Shown: piece by piece, positions 25,672-34,419 of the stretch
How positions within the stretch are numbered: the stretch's first letter is position 1
Layout: the number at the start of each line of letters is the position of its first letter
NCBI GenBank assembly: GCA_035995425.1
Contig: DASYKM010000173.1
Coordinates: 101,875 to 165,874, forward strand
Direction: 5' to 3'
Origin: Steroidobacteraceae bacterium
Lineage (GTDB): Bacteria > Pseudomonadota > Gammaproteobacteria > Steroidobacterales > Steroidobacteraceae
DNA length: 64,000 nucleotides
Made by a program: the position numbers and the translations under genes
Notes under the pieces: model-generated
The model's input: the letters and a program-made list of their open reading frames with translations, nothing else
The model's database searches: none
Told to the model about the DNA's origin: nothing

Positions 25672-27702
25672 ATGGCGACCGGGCAACCTCTCGAATACGA
25701 ACGTCTGATCGTGCCGCGCGCGCGCCGGAAAGCCTCCGGGCCCGCGCGTGCCACGATTCTCAAGACTGCGCTCACGCGCCTCGACTATCACGGCCTCAGG
25801 AAGGTGGATGTCGACACCGGCACCGGCAGTCCGCGCTTCGAGCCGCAGAGCGCGCCCGACCTGCTGACCGTGTGCCTCACGGCCTATAACGAAGAGGTCT
25901 CCGCCTATCACACCTCGCTGAGCGCGCTGGCGCGCGGCGCGGACTATTTCGTCGGCGCGGGCGAGCCGCGCATCGGCCAGGAGTTCACCATCTGCATCCT
26001 GGTCGATGGCATCGAGCGCATGTCGGCGGGCTTTGCGGCCTATGCCCAGCGGCTGGGCATCTATCAACCGGCGCTGCTCGATCCGCGCGCCGACTATCAC
26101 CTGTTCGAGTCGTCCATCGACCGTCACCTGCTGCAGTTCGCGCCGCAGGACCTGCCGGCGCAGGGCGATCACGAAGCCGCGCTGCGCCGCGAGGCCGGCA
26201 ATCTCACCAATCTCACGCCGGAGGCGAATCGCCAGCGCATCGTGCTGTTCATCAAGCGCGATAACCGCGGCAAGCTCGATTCGCACCGCTGTTTTTTCGA
26301 GATCGCCTGCCGGGAAACGCGGCCGGCGTACTTCCTGCAGGTCGACGTGGGTACCAGCCCCGACGCGAGCGCGGTGCACGAGATGTGGCGCAGCATCGCG
26401 CACTCGGCCAACGTCGCCGCCGTCTCGGCGCGTTCGCACATGCCGTTGCCGCAGGGCGCCACCGACTTGTTAGGGTCGTGGCAATACGGTGACATCGCCA
26501 TCGAGCGCATCCTGCTCTGGCCCACCGAGATGCTCATGGGCTACATGAGCGTGCTGTCGGGACAGTTGTGCCTCACACGCAGCGATGCGGTGTGGCGCAA
26601 GCAGCCGGTTGCACCGGCGGCGAACGACGAGTTCGCCGCGCCACCGCCCGCCAACGGGCGCGTCATGCAGAGCTATCTACGCGGGCTGGAGCAGCTCGGA
26701 CCGTTCGAATCGAACATGTTCCTGGCCGAGGACCGCATCCTCGGGCTCGAGATCGTGTTTCAGCCGGACAGCCGTTGGGAGCTCGGTTACGTTCCGCAGG
26801 CGAACGCGGCCATCGACAAGTGCGAAAGCTGGAACGAGTTGCTGTGCCAGCGCCGCCGCTGGAAATGCAGCAGCGTTGCCTGCCGCCTGTGGATGTTCAC
26901 GCGCGTGCTCGACTACGCGCGAAGCGCCAACCGCACGCTGCCGCAGAAGCTGCGCATTCTTTCGGCCACCAGCTTTCACGCCGCGTATTTCCTCATCGAG
27001 TGGCTGATGCCGGCGTTCGCGGTGCTCATCTTCTCGTCGTTGCATCACTTCGCCGCCCTGGCCGTCGGCGCGGGCGGCCCATGGCGCGCGCTGGTAGATG
27101 CGAGCTTCTTCGGGCTGCTGGCGCTGCTTGGCACGCAGCTGGCGGTGTCGGCGTCGGGGCGGATCACGGCGGCCACCAATCGCTTCTATGGATTCTCGAT
27201 CGCCTGCCAGACGCTCTACACCTTGTGCATGACGGCGCTGGTGATCGGTGGCAACCTGCATGTAGCGGCGATCGTGAAGCCCCTGACATTGCTGGCCGTG
27301 ATGTTAGTCGCGGTCCTGGTTCTCGCGCATGGTTACGCGCGCGAGGTGTTTCGCGGCCTGCTGCGCTGCCTGGTCACGTACTGGACGTCGCGCCCCGCGG
27401 TGTCTTTCCTGATCATGACTTATGCGGCGCTCAACTCGCACAACACCAGCTGGGGGACCAAGGGACTGACGCGTCCGCACTACCTCGACGAGGCCGTGCG
27501 GGCGGGGTTCGAACACTTCCGTCTCAAGACCGTGTTGCTGATGGTCGCCGCCAACGCGGGTTTCTATACGCTCGCCGTACGCGGCGGGTGGACCACGTCG
27601 TTCGCGGGGCTCGAGAGCGTGTTGTGGCTGCTGCTCGCACAGATCGGCGTGGCGTTCATCGGGCGCTTCGTCATCGCGTTGCGGAATCACAGGGCGTCCT
27701 GA
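25672..27702 (+). CDS. chitin synthase homologue (GT2, eukaryotic division-1 Chitin_synth_1-like)
   Basis: ATG lies 9 nt after the NRPS3 stop. 'CLTAYNEE', 'ICILVDGIE', 'KRDNRGKLDSHRCFF', 'LQVDVGT', 'SVLSGQLCLTR', 'NMFLAEDRILGLEIV' (EDR 26728-26736), 'QRRRW' (26848-26862). Multi-helix C-terminal region with 'NTSWGTKG' (27448-27465). Confidence 0.8.
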   Translation: MATGQPLEYERLIVPRARRKASGPARATILKTALTRLDYHGLRKVDVDTGTGSPRFEPQSAPDLLTVCLTAYNEEVSAYHTSLSALARGADYFVGAGEPRIGQEFTICILVDGIERMSAGFAAYAQRLGIYQPALLDPRADYHLFESSIDRHLLQFAPQDLPAQGDHEAALRREAGNLTNLTPEANRQRIVLFIKRDNRGKLDSHRCFFEIACRETRPAYFLQVDVGTSPDASAVHEMWRSIAHSANVAAVSARSHMPLPQGATDLLGSWQYGDIAIERILLWPTEMLMGYMSVLSGQLCLTRSDAVWRKQPVAPAANDEFAAPPPANGRVMQSYLRGLEQLGPFESNMFLAEDRILGLEIVFQPDSRWELGYVPQANAAIDKCESWNELLCQRRRWKCSSVACRLWMFTRVLDYARSANRTLPQKLRILSATSFHAAYFLIEWLMPAFAVLIFSSLHHFAALAVGAGGPWRALVDASFFGLLALLGTQLAVSASGRITAATNRFYGFSIACQTLYTLCMTALVIGGNLHVAAIVKPLTLLAVMLVAVLVLAHGYAREVFRGLLRCLVTYWTSRPAVSFLIMTYAALNSHNTSWGTKGLTRPHYLDEAVRAGFEHFRLKTVLLMVAANAGFYTLAVRGGWTTSFAGLESVLWLLLAQIGVAFIGRFVIALRNHRAS

Positions 27703-27706
27703 GCGC

Positions 27707-28207
27707 ATGCAAGCGAACGCCATGACCGACATGCTCGTGCGGCTCTACGACCTGCCGCCCGTGGAGCCGATGCTGGCCGACTTCGCCGCACACGGCATCA
27801 CGGTCCGGCGGCCGCGCGCCTATGAGAAGAGCCTCGTGGTCGAGTGGGTCGCCAAGACCTTCAGCGCCGGCTGGGCGAGCGAATGCGACGTCTGCTTCGC
27901 GCGGGTTCCGGTGTCCGCCCACATCGCCACGCGCGACGGCGAGATCATCGGCTTTGCCTGCCACGAGAGCACGTACCGCAACTTCTTCGGTCCGGTCGGA
28001 GTGCTCGAGGAGTACCGCGCCGACGGGCTCGGCAAGTGCCTGCTGCTCGCGAGCCTGCACGCCATGCGCGACCTTGGCTATGCCTACGCCATCATCGGCG
28101 GACCCACGGATGCCGTGGGCTTCTACGTCCAGGCGGTCGGCGCGTCGCGCATCGACGGATCGAGCCCGGGCATCTACGTGGACCGTTTGCGCGGCTCGGA
28201 TAGCTAG
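27707..28207 (+). CDS. GNAT-family N-acetyltransferase
   Basis: Starts 5 nt after the CHS stop; ATG at 27722 is an alternative. GNAT core 'GPVGVLEEYRADGLGKCLLLASLHAMRDLGYAYAII'. Confidence 0.7.
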   Translation: MQANAMTDMLVRLYDLPPVEPMLADFAAHGITVRRPRAYEKSLVVEWVAKTFSAGWASECDVCFARVPVSAHIATRDGEIIGFACHESTYRNFFGPVGVLEEYRADGLGKCLLLASLHAMRDLGYAYAIIGGPTDAVGFYVQAVGASRIDGSSPGIYVDRLRGSDS

Positions 28208-28219
28208 CCAGGAAGACCC

Positions 28220-29224
28220 ATGCCCTCAACACCCCAGGCCGTCGACGTGCTCGACCGCATCGATCGCTGCACCTATCTCGAGCAGTACCGGTTTCGCAAG
28301 CCGTTCCTGCTGCGCGGCGGCGCGACGCACCTGCCCGCGTATCGCAAGTGGACGCTGGAATATCTCGAGAGCCAGATCGCCGACGTCATCATCCAGCCGC
28401 TGATCTATGAAGAAGACAAGCGCGACTATTCGCGGGCGAAATTCCTCGAGATGACGTTCCGTGATTTCGCGCGCGAGATCCGCTCCAGTAACTCGCGCAT
28501 GCTCTATTGGTTCGAGGGCCCCGCGTCGGCGAATTTCTGGGGCGGTGCGGGCAAGCAGGCGCGCGTGAACACCGAGCTCGCCATGCTCGCTGCCGATTTC
28601 GCGCCGCCGACGTTCCTGCACGAATCCGAGCTCATCTACGCGCAGATGATCCTCGGCACCGGCAAGAACGGCACCGTGGTCCACCACGACTACGGCGGCG
28701 AAGCGAAATGCCTGATGCAGCTCATTGGCGAGAAGCACGTGCTCCTCATCCCGCCGCAGCACGGGCGGGCGCTCAAGCTGCATCCGATCACCGGGCAGAA
28801 GAACTTCACCATCAGTACCCTCGACCTGCGCGGCGGCGACTTCAGGGCCATTGCCGACGATGCGCCGCTGTTCGAGGCGCGCATCCGCCCCGGTGATGTG
28901 CTGTATTGGCCGTCATTCTGGCTGCACGACGTCGCCAACGAAGGCGCGATCAACTTCGCGATCACCGTGCCGGTCGACGAGATGCCCGTGAACGCGCTCA
29001 TGTTGCGGCACCTGCTGGCCGAGAATCTGTCGCGACTTCGGCAGCTCGATCCGCAGCTGCGCATCTCGAGCGACGCGATTGCGCAGCTCGAGCAGGAGCT
29101 GCTCGATCACACCAGCGTCAACACGCTGTGGGATCTGCATACCGCCTCGATTGCCTATCGCGGCAAGCACTGGCGGCCGCGCCAGGAGCCGGAGATGACC
29201 GCGATCGCGGAACCCGCCGGTTGA
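28220..29224 (+). CDS. JmjC / cupin_8-type Fe(II)/2-oxoglutarate oxygenase-like protein
   Basis: 'FRKPFLLRGGATHLPAYRKWTLEYL'. HxD in 'TVVHHDYGG', 'LIGEKHVLLIPP', distal His in 'GDVLYWPSFWLHDV'. Confidence 0.7.
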   Translation: MPSTPQAVDVLDRIDRCTYLEQYRFRKPFLLRGGATHLPAYRKWTLEYLESQIADVIIQPLIYEEDKRDYSRAKFLEMTFRDFAREIRSSNSRMLYWFEGPASANFWGGAGKQARVNTELAMLAADFAPPTFLHESELIYAQMILGTGKNGTVVHHDYGGEAKCLMQLIGEKHVLLIPPQHGRALKLHPITGQKNFTISTLDLRGGDFRAIADDAPLFEARIRPGDVLYWPSFWLHDVANEGAINFAITVPVDEMPVNALMLRHLLAENLSRLRQLDPQLRISSDAIAQLEQELLDHTSVNTLWDLHTASIAYRGKHWRPRQEPEMTAIAEPAG

Positions 29225-29228
29225 CGTT

Positions 29229-30428
29229 TTACGGGCTCGCCGCCACGCGACGACGCATCACTTCATCGAAGATGTCGATCGCCGTGCTGGCGCGGTGCTG
29301 CGCCGCGTTCGCCGTGACGAACAATCCCACGTTGTTCGCCGGCGAGAACCAGGCCTTGGCGTACCACAGCTCGTTGGTGCCGGCGTGGTAGTAAACGACG
29401 CCGGGTAGCGGACCGAACTGCTGCTGCCACCAGCCGAGGGCGTAGTTTGCCGCTACCACCTGATGCAGGGTGTGGAACGACTCGACGCTGAGCAGGCCCG
29501 GAACGCCGCGCTCGCCTTCGATGTGCGCCATGAGGTAGCGCGCGTAGTCTGCGAGCGTGGTGTGGACGCCGGCCGCCGGCGCCACCGCCTTGGGAAAGTC
29601 CGCACCCGGGCCGACCGGTATCGGTTTGAATCCCGAATTCGTGTCGTTGTGCCCCAGTGGCTCATCGAGCGCGCCCGGCGTGCCGGGCGGACCGAAGCCA
29701 CTGTGCGTCATGCCGAGCGGCGCGTACACGCGGGTAGATAGCAGCGTTTCCCACGGCGTGCCGGTGCGTGCTTCGAGCATCGCGCCGGCCACCACGTAGC
29801 CCATGTTCGAATAGTTCCAGGTGCCGACCGGGAAGTCGGGCTTGCTCGACAGCAATTGCTCGGCCCATCGGCGGCGCTTCTCCATCAAGGTGCCGGAGGC
29901 CGCGTCCTTGACGAAATCCGGTTCGCCGCTGAAGGGCAGGCCTGCCGTGTGCGAGAGCAGCTGGCTCAGGGTCACGCCGCGAAGGTCCGCGTGCATGCTC
30001 GCGCTCCATTCCGGCCACACCTCGCTCGTGGTGGTGTCCCAGCCGATGGCGCCATCTTCCACCAGCACCGCGGCCAGCGTCGCCGTCATTGCCTTCGTGA
30101 CCGAGCCGACGATCCACTGATCCGAGGTCGTCACCAGCACCGCGGCATCGGCCGAGCGTTTGCCCACCGCGGTGAGCTCGGCCACCTGCCCGTTGCGCAC
30201 CAGCACCGCGCTCATGCCGGGAATCTCCTGCGAGGCGCGCGCCCATTCGAGCAACTCGGCCATTCGTCCGTCGCCGACGATTCCCGCGGGCGGCGCGGTG
30301 GACACCGGCAGAGGAGTGCGTCCTTCGCCGTCGATGGAGTTGTGATCGTTACCGCCACCGCCGCCGCAGGCGGCGAGTGTGAGGGCGGCTGCGATGGCAG
30401 GAAGTCGGAGCGGGCGCTTGGTGTGCAT
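29229..30428 (-). CDS. serine hydrolase, beta-lactamase-family lipoprotein
   Basis: Start taken at MHTKRPLRLPAIAAALTLAACGG (lipobox). S-x-x-K 'GSVTKAMT'. Convergent with the JmjC gene, 4 nt apart. Confidence 0.75.
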   Translation of the reverse strand: MHTKRPLRLPAIAAALTLAACGGGGGNDHNSIDGEGRTPLPVSTAPPAGIVGDGRMAELLEWARASQEIPGMSAVLVRNGQVAELTAVGKRSADAAVLVTTSDQWIVGSVTKAMTATLAAVLVEDGAIGWDTTTSEVWPEWSASMHADLRGVTLSQLLSHTAGLPFSGEPDFVKDAASGTLMEKRRRWAEQLLSSKPDFPVGTWNYSNMGYVVAGAMLEARTGTPWETLLSTRVYAPLGMTHSGFGPPGTPGALDEPLGHNDTNSGFKPIPVGPGADFPKAVAPAAGVHTTLADYARYLMAHIEGERGVPGLLSVESFHTLHQVVAANYALGWWQQQFGPLPGVVYYHAGTNELWYAKAWFSPANNVGLFVTANAAQHRASTAIDIFDEVMRRRVAASP

Positions 30429-30534
30429 CGATCCCCCGGAGTGCGTCACTGTTAGTGGTCTCTGGGTCGGAAAATCCTTCGCGATGAATCCTCACACTGG
30501 CGGCACCGATCGCTAGAATCGCGGCTCACCGCCC

Positions 30535-32406
30535 ATGGAGGCTCAGCCAGTGCCAATGAATTCTTCCTTCAAGGCTTCCGGAGCTGCGCTGCTGGCGTGT
30601 CTTTGGGTTACCGGCGCATTCGGCGCGGAATCGCTGGTCATCCAGAATGTGCTGGCGCGGCCTGGCATGACGCTCTCGGGCAAGTGGCACGTCATCGTCG
30701 ATCCCTACGAAAACGGGTACTACGACTATCGTCGCGAGCCATACGATGCCGTCGACCCGCCGCGCGGCGGCTACTTTCTCGATCGCAAGCCGGCCGACAA
30801 GTCCGACCTGGTCGAGTACGACTTCGATGCCAGCCCGACGCTCATGGTGCCTGGTGACTGGAACTCGCAGGAAGACCGGCTCTTCTATTACGAAGGCACG
30901 GTCTGGTATCGGCGCAAATTCGACTACACGCCGTCTTTGCCCGACAAACGGGTATTCATCCATTTCGGCGCGGCGAACTACCAAGCCGACGTCTATCTCA
31001 ACGGCCGCAAGCTTGGCCGCCATGTCGGCGGCTTTACGCCATTTGCCTTTGAAGTCACGGGTCTTTTGAAACCCGCCGGCAATTCACTGGTCGTGAAAGT
31101 GGACAACACTCGGCATGCCGAGGCGGTACCGACGGTGAACACCGATTGGTGGAACTACGGTGGACTCACGCGCGACGTGAGCGTCGTCGAGACCCCGTCC
31201 GCGTTCATCCGCGACTATCAAGTGCAGCTCGAGCCAGGTTCGCTGCGGCGAATTGCCGTGCGCGTGCAGATCGACGGTGCGAAAGCGCCGGTTCAAGTGA
31301 CGCTGTCGATACCCGAGGCAAAGCTCACGGCCAGTGCGAAGAGCGATGCCGCGGGTGTCGCGACCTTTTCGCTGGACGCGCGCAATCTCAAGTTGTGGTC
31401 GCCCGAGAACCCGAAGCGGTACCAGGTGTCGCTCGCCACCGGCGATGAGCGTGTCGAAGACCGCATCGGCTTTCGCAGCATTGCGGTTCGCGGCACGGAC
31501 ATCCTGCTGAACGGACACTCGGTCTTCCTGCGCGGCATTTCCCTGCACGAAGAGAATCCGCTGCGCGGTGGCCGTGCGTACTCGGTCGAAGACGCCAGGC
31601 TGCTGTTGGGATGGGCCAAGGAACTCGGCTGCAACTTCGTGCGGCTCGCGCACTATCCGCACAACGAATACATGGCGCGCGTCGCCGATGAGCTGGGCCT
31701 CATGCTGTGGGAAGAGGTGCCGGTCTACTGGACTATCCAGTGGGAGAATCCGCAGACGCTCGCGAACGCCAGGAATCAGCTCACCGAGCTGATCACGCGG
31801 GATCGCAATCGCGCGAGCGTGATCGTCTGGTCGGTGGCCAACGAAACCCCGGTGAGCGAGCCTCGCACGCGCTTTCTCAAAGAGTTGATCGACACCGCGC
31901 GCACGCTCGATGCCACGCGACTCGTCTCGGCAGCCATGGAAGTGCATGCGGATCCGAAGGATTCGAATCACCGCATCGTCGATGATCCGTTGGGCAACTA
32001 CACGGATCTTCTCAGCTTCAACCAATACGTTGGCTGGTATGACGGCCTGCCCGACAAGCTACCGCTGATTCACTGGTCGTTCGGCTATCAGAAGCCGGTG
32101 ATGATCAGCGAGTTCGGAGCGGATGCGCTGCAAGGATTTCATGCCGATCGCCTCACGCGTTTCAGCGAGGAATATCAGGAGGACCTGTATCGCCAGACCC
32201 TCGCGATGCTCGAACGCATTCCGCAGTGGCGCGGAACCACGCCGTGGATACTCACCGACTTCCGCTCGCCCCGCCGTCCGCTCCCGCACGTGCAGGATGG
32301 ATGGAACCGGAAAGGACTCATCGGTGAAAATGGCACCAAGAAGAAAGCTTTCTTCGTGCTCAAGGATTTCTACGAGCGTGTGAAAGCGTCGCCAGAGCGC
32401 CGATGA
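30535..32406 (+). CDS. GH2 glycoside hydrolase (beta-glucuronidase / beta-galactosidase-like), secreted
   Basis: Signal peptide. 'NFVRLAHYPHNE', acid/base 'WSVANE', nucleophile 'ISEFGAD'. An alternative ATG is at 30556. Confidence 0.8.
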   Translation: MEAQPVPMNSSFKASGAALLACLWVTGAFGAESLVIQNVLARPGMTLSGKWHVIVDPYENGYYDYRREPYDAVDPPRGGYFLDRKPADKSDLVEYDFDASPTLMVPGDWNSQEDRLFYYEGTVWYRRKFDYTPSLPDKRVFIHFGAANYQADVYLNGRKLGRHVGGFTPFAFEVTGLLKPAGNSLVVKVDNTRHAEAVPTVNTDWWNYGGLTRDVSVVETPSAFIRDYQVQLEPGSLRRIAVRVQIDGAKAPVQVTLSIPEAKLTASAKSDAAGVATFSLDARNLKLWSPENPKRYQVSLATGDERVEDRIGFRSIAVRGTDILLNGHSVFLRGISLHEENPLRGGRAYSVEDARLLLGWAKELGCNFVRLAHYPHNEYMARVADELGLMLWEEVPVYWTIQWENPQTLANARNQLTELITRDRNRASVIVWSVANETPVSEPRTRFLKELIDTARTLDATRLVSAAMEVHADPKDSNHRIVDDPLGNYTDLLSFNQYVGWYDGLPDKLPLIHWSFGYQKPVMISEFGADALQGFHADRLTRFSEEYQEDLYRQTLAMLERIPQWRGTTPWILTDFRSPRRPLPHVQDGWNRKGLIGENGTKKKAFFVLKDFYERVKASPERR

Positions 32407-32408
32407 CG

Positions 32409-33395
32409 CTACTTCACCAATGCGAGCCGGAAGCCGCGGTACGCACTGGCTTCCGCCGGCGGGTTGTCAGCCCGGCTCGCTGAACGTTCATCGCCCGCGC
32501 CGCTGCCGAAGCTGCCGCCACGATTCACACGTGCGGTGCCAGTGGCGGGGCCGGTGGGATCGGTGACTTCGCCACCGGGATAGAGCGCGTACCGGTCGCG
32601 ACACCACTGCCAGACGTTGCCGGCCATGTCGTACAGGCCGAAGTTGTTAGGGCGCTTGGTTGCAACGGCGCGCGGCCCGCCATTCGCGCCGGCCGCGACC
32701 TTGAAGCCCTTGCCTCGATAGCCGTCGGCGCTGTTCGCGTCGTACCAGGCGATGGCGTCGAGGGGTTCGGCATAGGTGGCGCCGGTGGTGCCGGCGCGCG
32801 CCGCATATTCCCACTGCGCCTCGGTCGGCAGGTTGTACTCATATCCGGCCGGCAGGCGACCCGCGGCGCGTTCAAGCACATTCAATCGCCGGCAGAATTC
32901 CATCGCGTCATCCCAGCTCACGAAGTACATCGGCAGGTCGGCGGATTCGTTGGCGAGATAGTCCGAAGCCTTCTCGCGCGAAAAGTTCATGTAGGCACGT
33001 TTCGTCTGCCGCTTGCCGCCGAGGTCGTATAGCGCGTTGTCGTCGATCACATGCATGAGCTGCGCGCGCACGTCGCGGCCCATGACCGCCTTCCACTGGC
33101 CGATCGTCACGTGGGTTCGTCCCAGCCAGAAGCCCTTGATCAGAGTGACCTTGGTCTGCGGCGCTTCGTCGGCGTGGCGCAAGGATTCGGAAGCCGGGCT
33201 GCCCATGGTGAAGCTGCCCGCTGGAATCCACGCCAGATCTAGTGTGACTTTGCCGGGCAACTCTAAGTTGTGAGGCTCGCCGACTGCGGGTGCGGCGCCA
33301 AATCCCAGCGCGGCGGTGCAGGCGAGCATCACACCGCAGATGCGCGCCACGAATGCCGGGTTCGAGATTTTCGCCATGCGGTGATTACACACCAT
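32409..33395 (-). CDS. formylglycine-generating-enzyme (SUMF1 / FGE-sulfatase) domain protein, exported
   Basis: 'GSFTMGSP', 'LPTEAQWEYAARAG', 'GLYDMAGNVWQWCRD', 'RVNRGGSF', 'YRGFRLA'. Confidence 0.8.
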   Translation of the reverse strand: MVCNHRMAKISNPAFVARICGVMLACTAALGFGAAPAVGEPHNLELPGKVTLDLAWIPAGSFTMGSPASESLRHADEAPQTKVTLIKGFWLGRTHVTIGQWKAVMGRDVRAQLMHVIDDNALYDLGGKRQTKRAYMNFSREKASDYLANESADLPMYFVSWDDAMEFCRRLNVLERAAGRLPAGYEYNLPTEAQWEYAARAGTTGATYAEPLDAIAWYDANSADGYRGKGFKVAAGANGGPRAVATKRPNNFGLYDMAGNVWQWCRDRYALYPGGEVTDPTGPATGTARVNRGGSFGSGAGDERSASRADNPPAEASAYRGFRLALVK

Positions 33396-33464
33396 CCACG
33401 CCCGAAAATCTCATAGTTGACGGAGTCAACTATCTTGGTTTAGCTTTCTCCCAGGGAGCCAACC

Positions 33465-34394
33465 ATGACCGACCACGTCGAAACCATTCGCGCCTTCAAC
33501 CGTTTCTACACGCGGCAGATCGGCCTGCTCGAAGAAAGCCTGCTCGACAGCGGATTCACGCTGACCGAGTGCCGTGTGCTCTATGAGCTCGCGCATCGCA
33601 CGGCGCCCACGGCCGCGCAGATCGGCAATGCGCTTGGCCTCGATGCGGGTTACCTGAGCCGCATCCTGGCGAAGTTCGAACAACGCAAGCTCGTGCGCCG
33701 CACGGACTCCAAACAAGACGTACGCGCCGCGCACGTCGGCCTGACCGCCGCGGGTCGAAAAGCATTTGCGCCCATCAATGCGGCTGCCCGCGAACACATC
33801 GACGGACTGTTGAAGCCGCTCGGCGCGGGTGACGTCGGTGCGCTCACCGATGCGATGGGCGTGGTGCGCCGCGTGCTGGGTGATTCGCGCGCGGAACCCA
33901 ACGCCTATCAACTGCGCGATCTAGAGGTCGGGGACGTCGGCTGGATCGTGCACCGCCAGGCGATGCTGTACACACGGGAGTACGGCTGGGACACGACCTA
34001 CGAAGCGTTGGTCGCCGACATCCTGAGCGGCTTCATCAAGAGTTTCGATGCGCAGCGCGAGCGCAGTTGGATAGCGGAACGCGACGGGCAGATCATCGGC
34101 AGCGTATTCGTGATGCGCGAGAGCGATGACGTGGCGAAGCTGCGCCTGCTCTACGTGGAGCCATCGGCTCGGGGCCTGGGAGTGGGGCGCCATCTCGTCG
34201 ATGAATGCATCCGCTTTGCTCGAGCGAAGGGATACAAGAAGCTGACGCTGTGGACCAACGATTGCCTGACAGCCGCTCGCAAGATCTATCTCGCGGCGGG
34301 GTTCAAGCTCGTCAAAGAGAAGAAGCACCACTCATTCGGCAAGGACCTGGTGGGGCAGACCTGGGATCTCGATCTTCGGTCGCCGGCCTCGTGA
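33465..34394 (+). CDS. MarR-family HTH fused to GNAT acetyltransferase
   Basis: N-terminal 'FTLTECRVLYELAHRTAPTAAQIGNALGLDAGYLSRILAKFEQRKLVRR'. C-terminal GNAT 'LRLLYVEPSARGLGVGRHLVDECIRFARAKGYKKLTLWT'. Confidence 0.8.
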   Translation: MTDHVETIRAFNRFYTRQIGLLEESLLDSGFTLTECRVLYELAHRTAPTAAQIGNALGLDAGYLSRILAKFEQRKLVRRTDSKQDVRAAHVGLTAAGRKAFAPINAAAREHIDGLLKPLGAGDVGALTDAMGVVRRVLGDSRAEPNAYQLRDLEVGDVGWIVHRQAMLYTREYGWDTTYEALVADILSGFIKSFDAQRERSWIAERDGQIIGSVFVMRESDDVAKLRLLYVEPSARGLGVGRHLVDECIRFARAKGYKKLTLWTNDCLTAARKIYLAAGFKLVKEKKHHSFGKDLVGQTWDLDLRSPAS

Positions 34395-34419
34395 CAGCGT
34401 CATCGAGGCCGGCGCTCCG

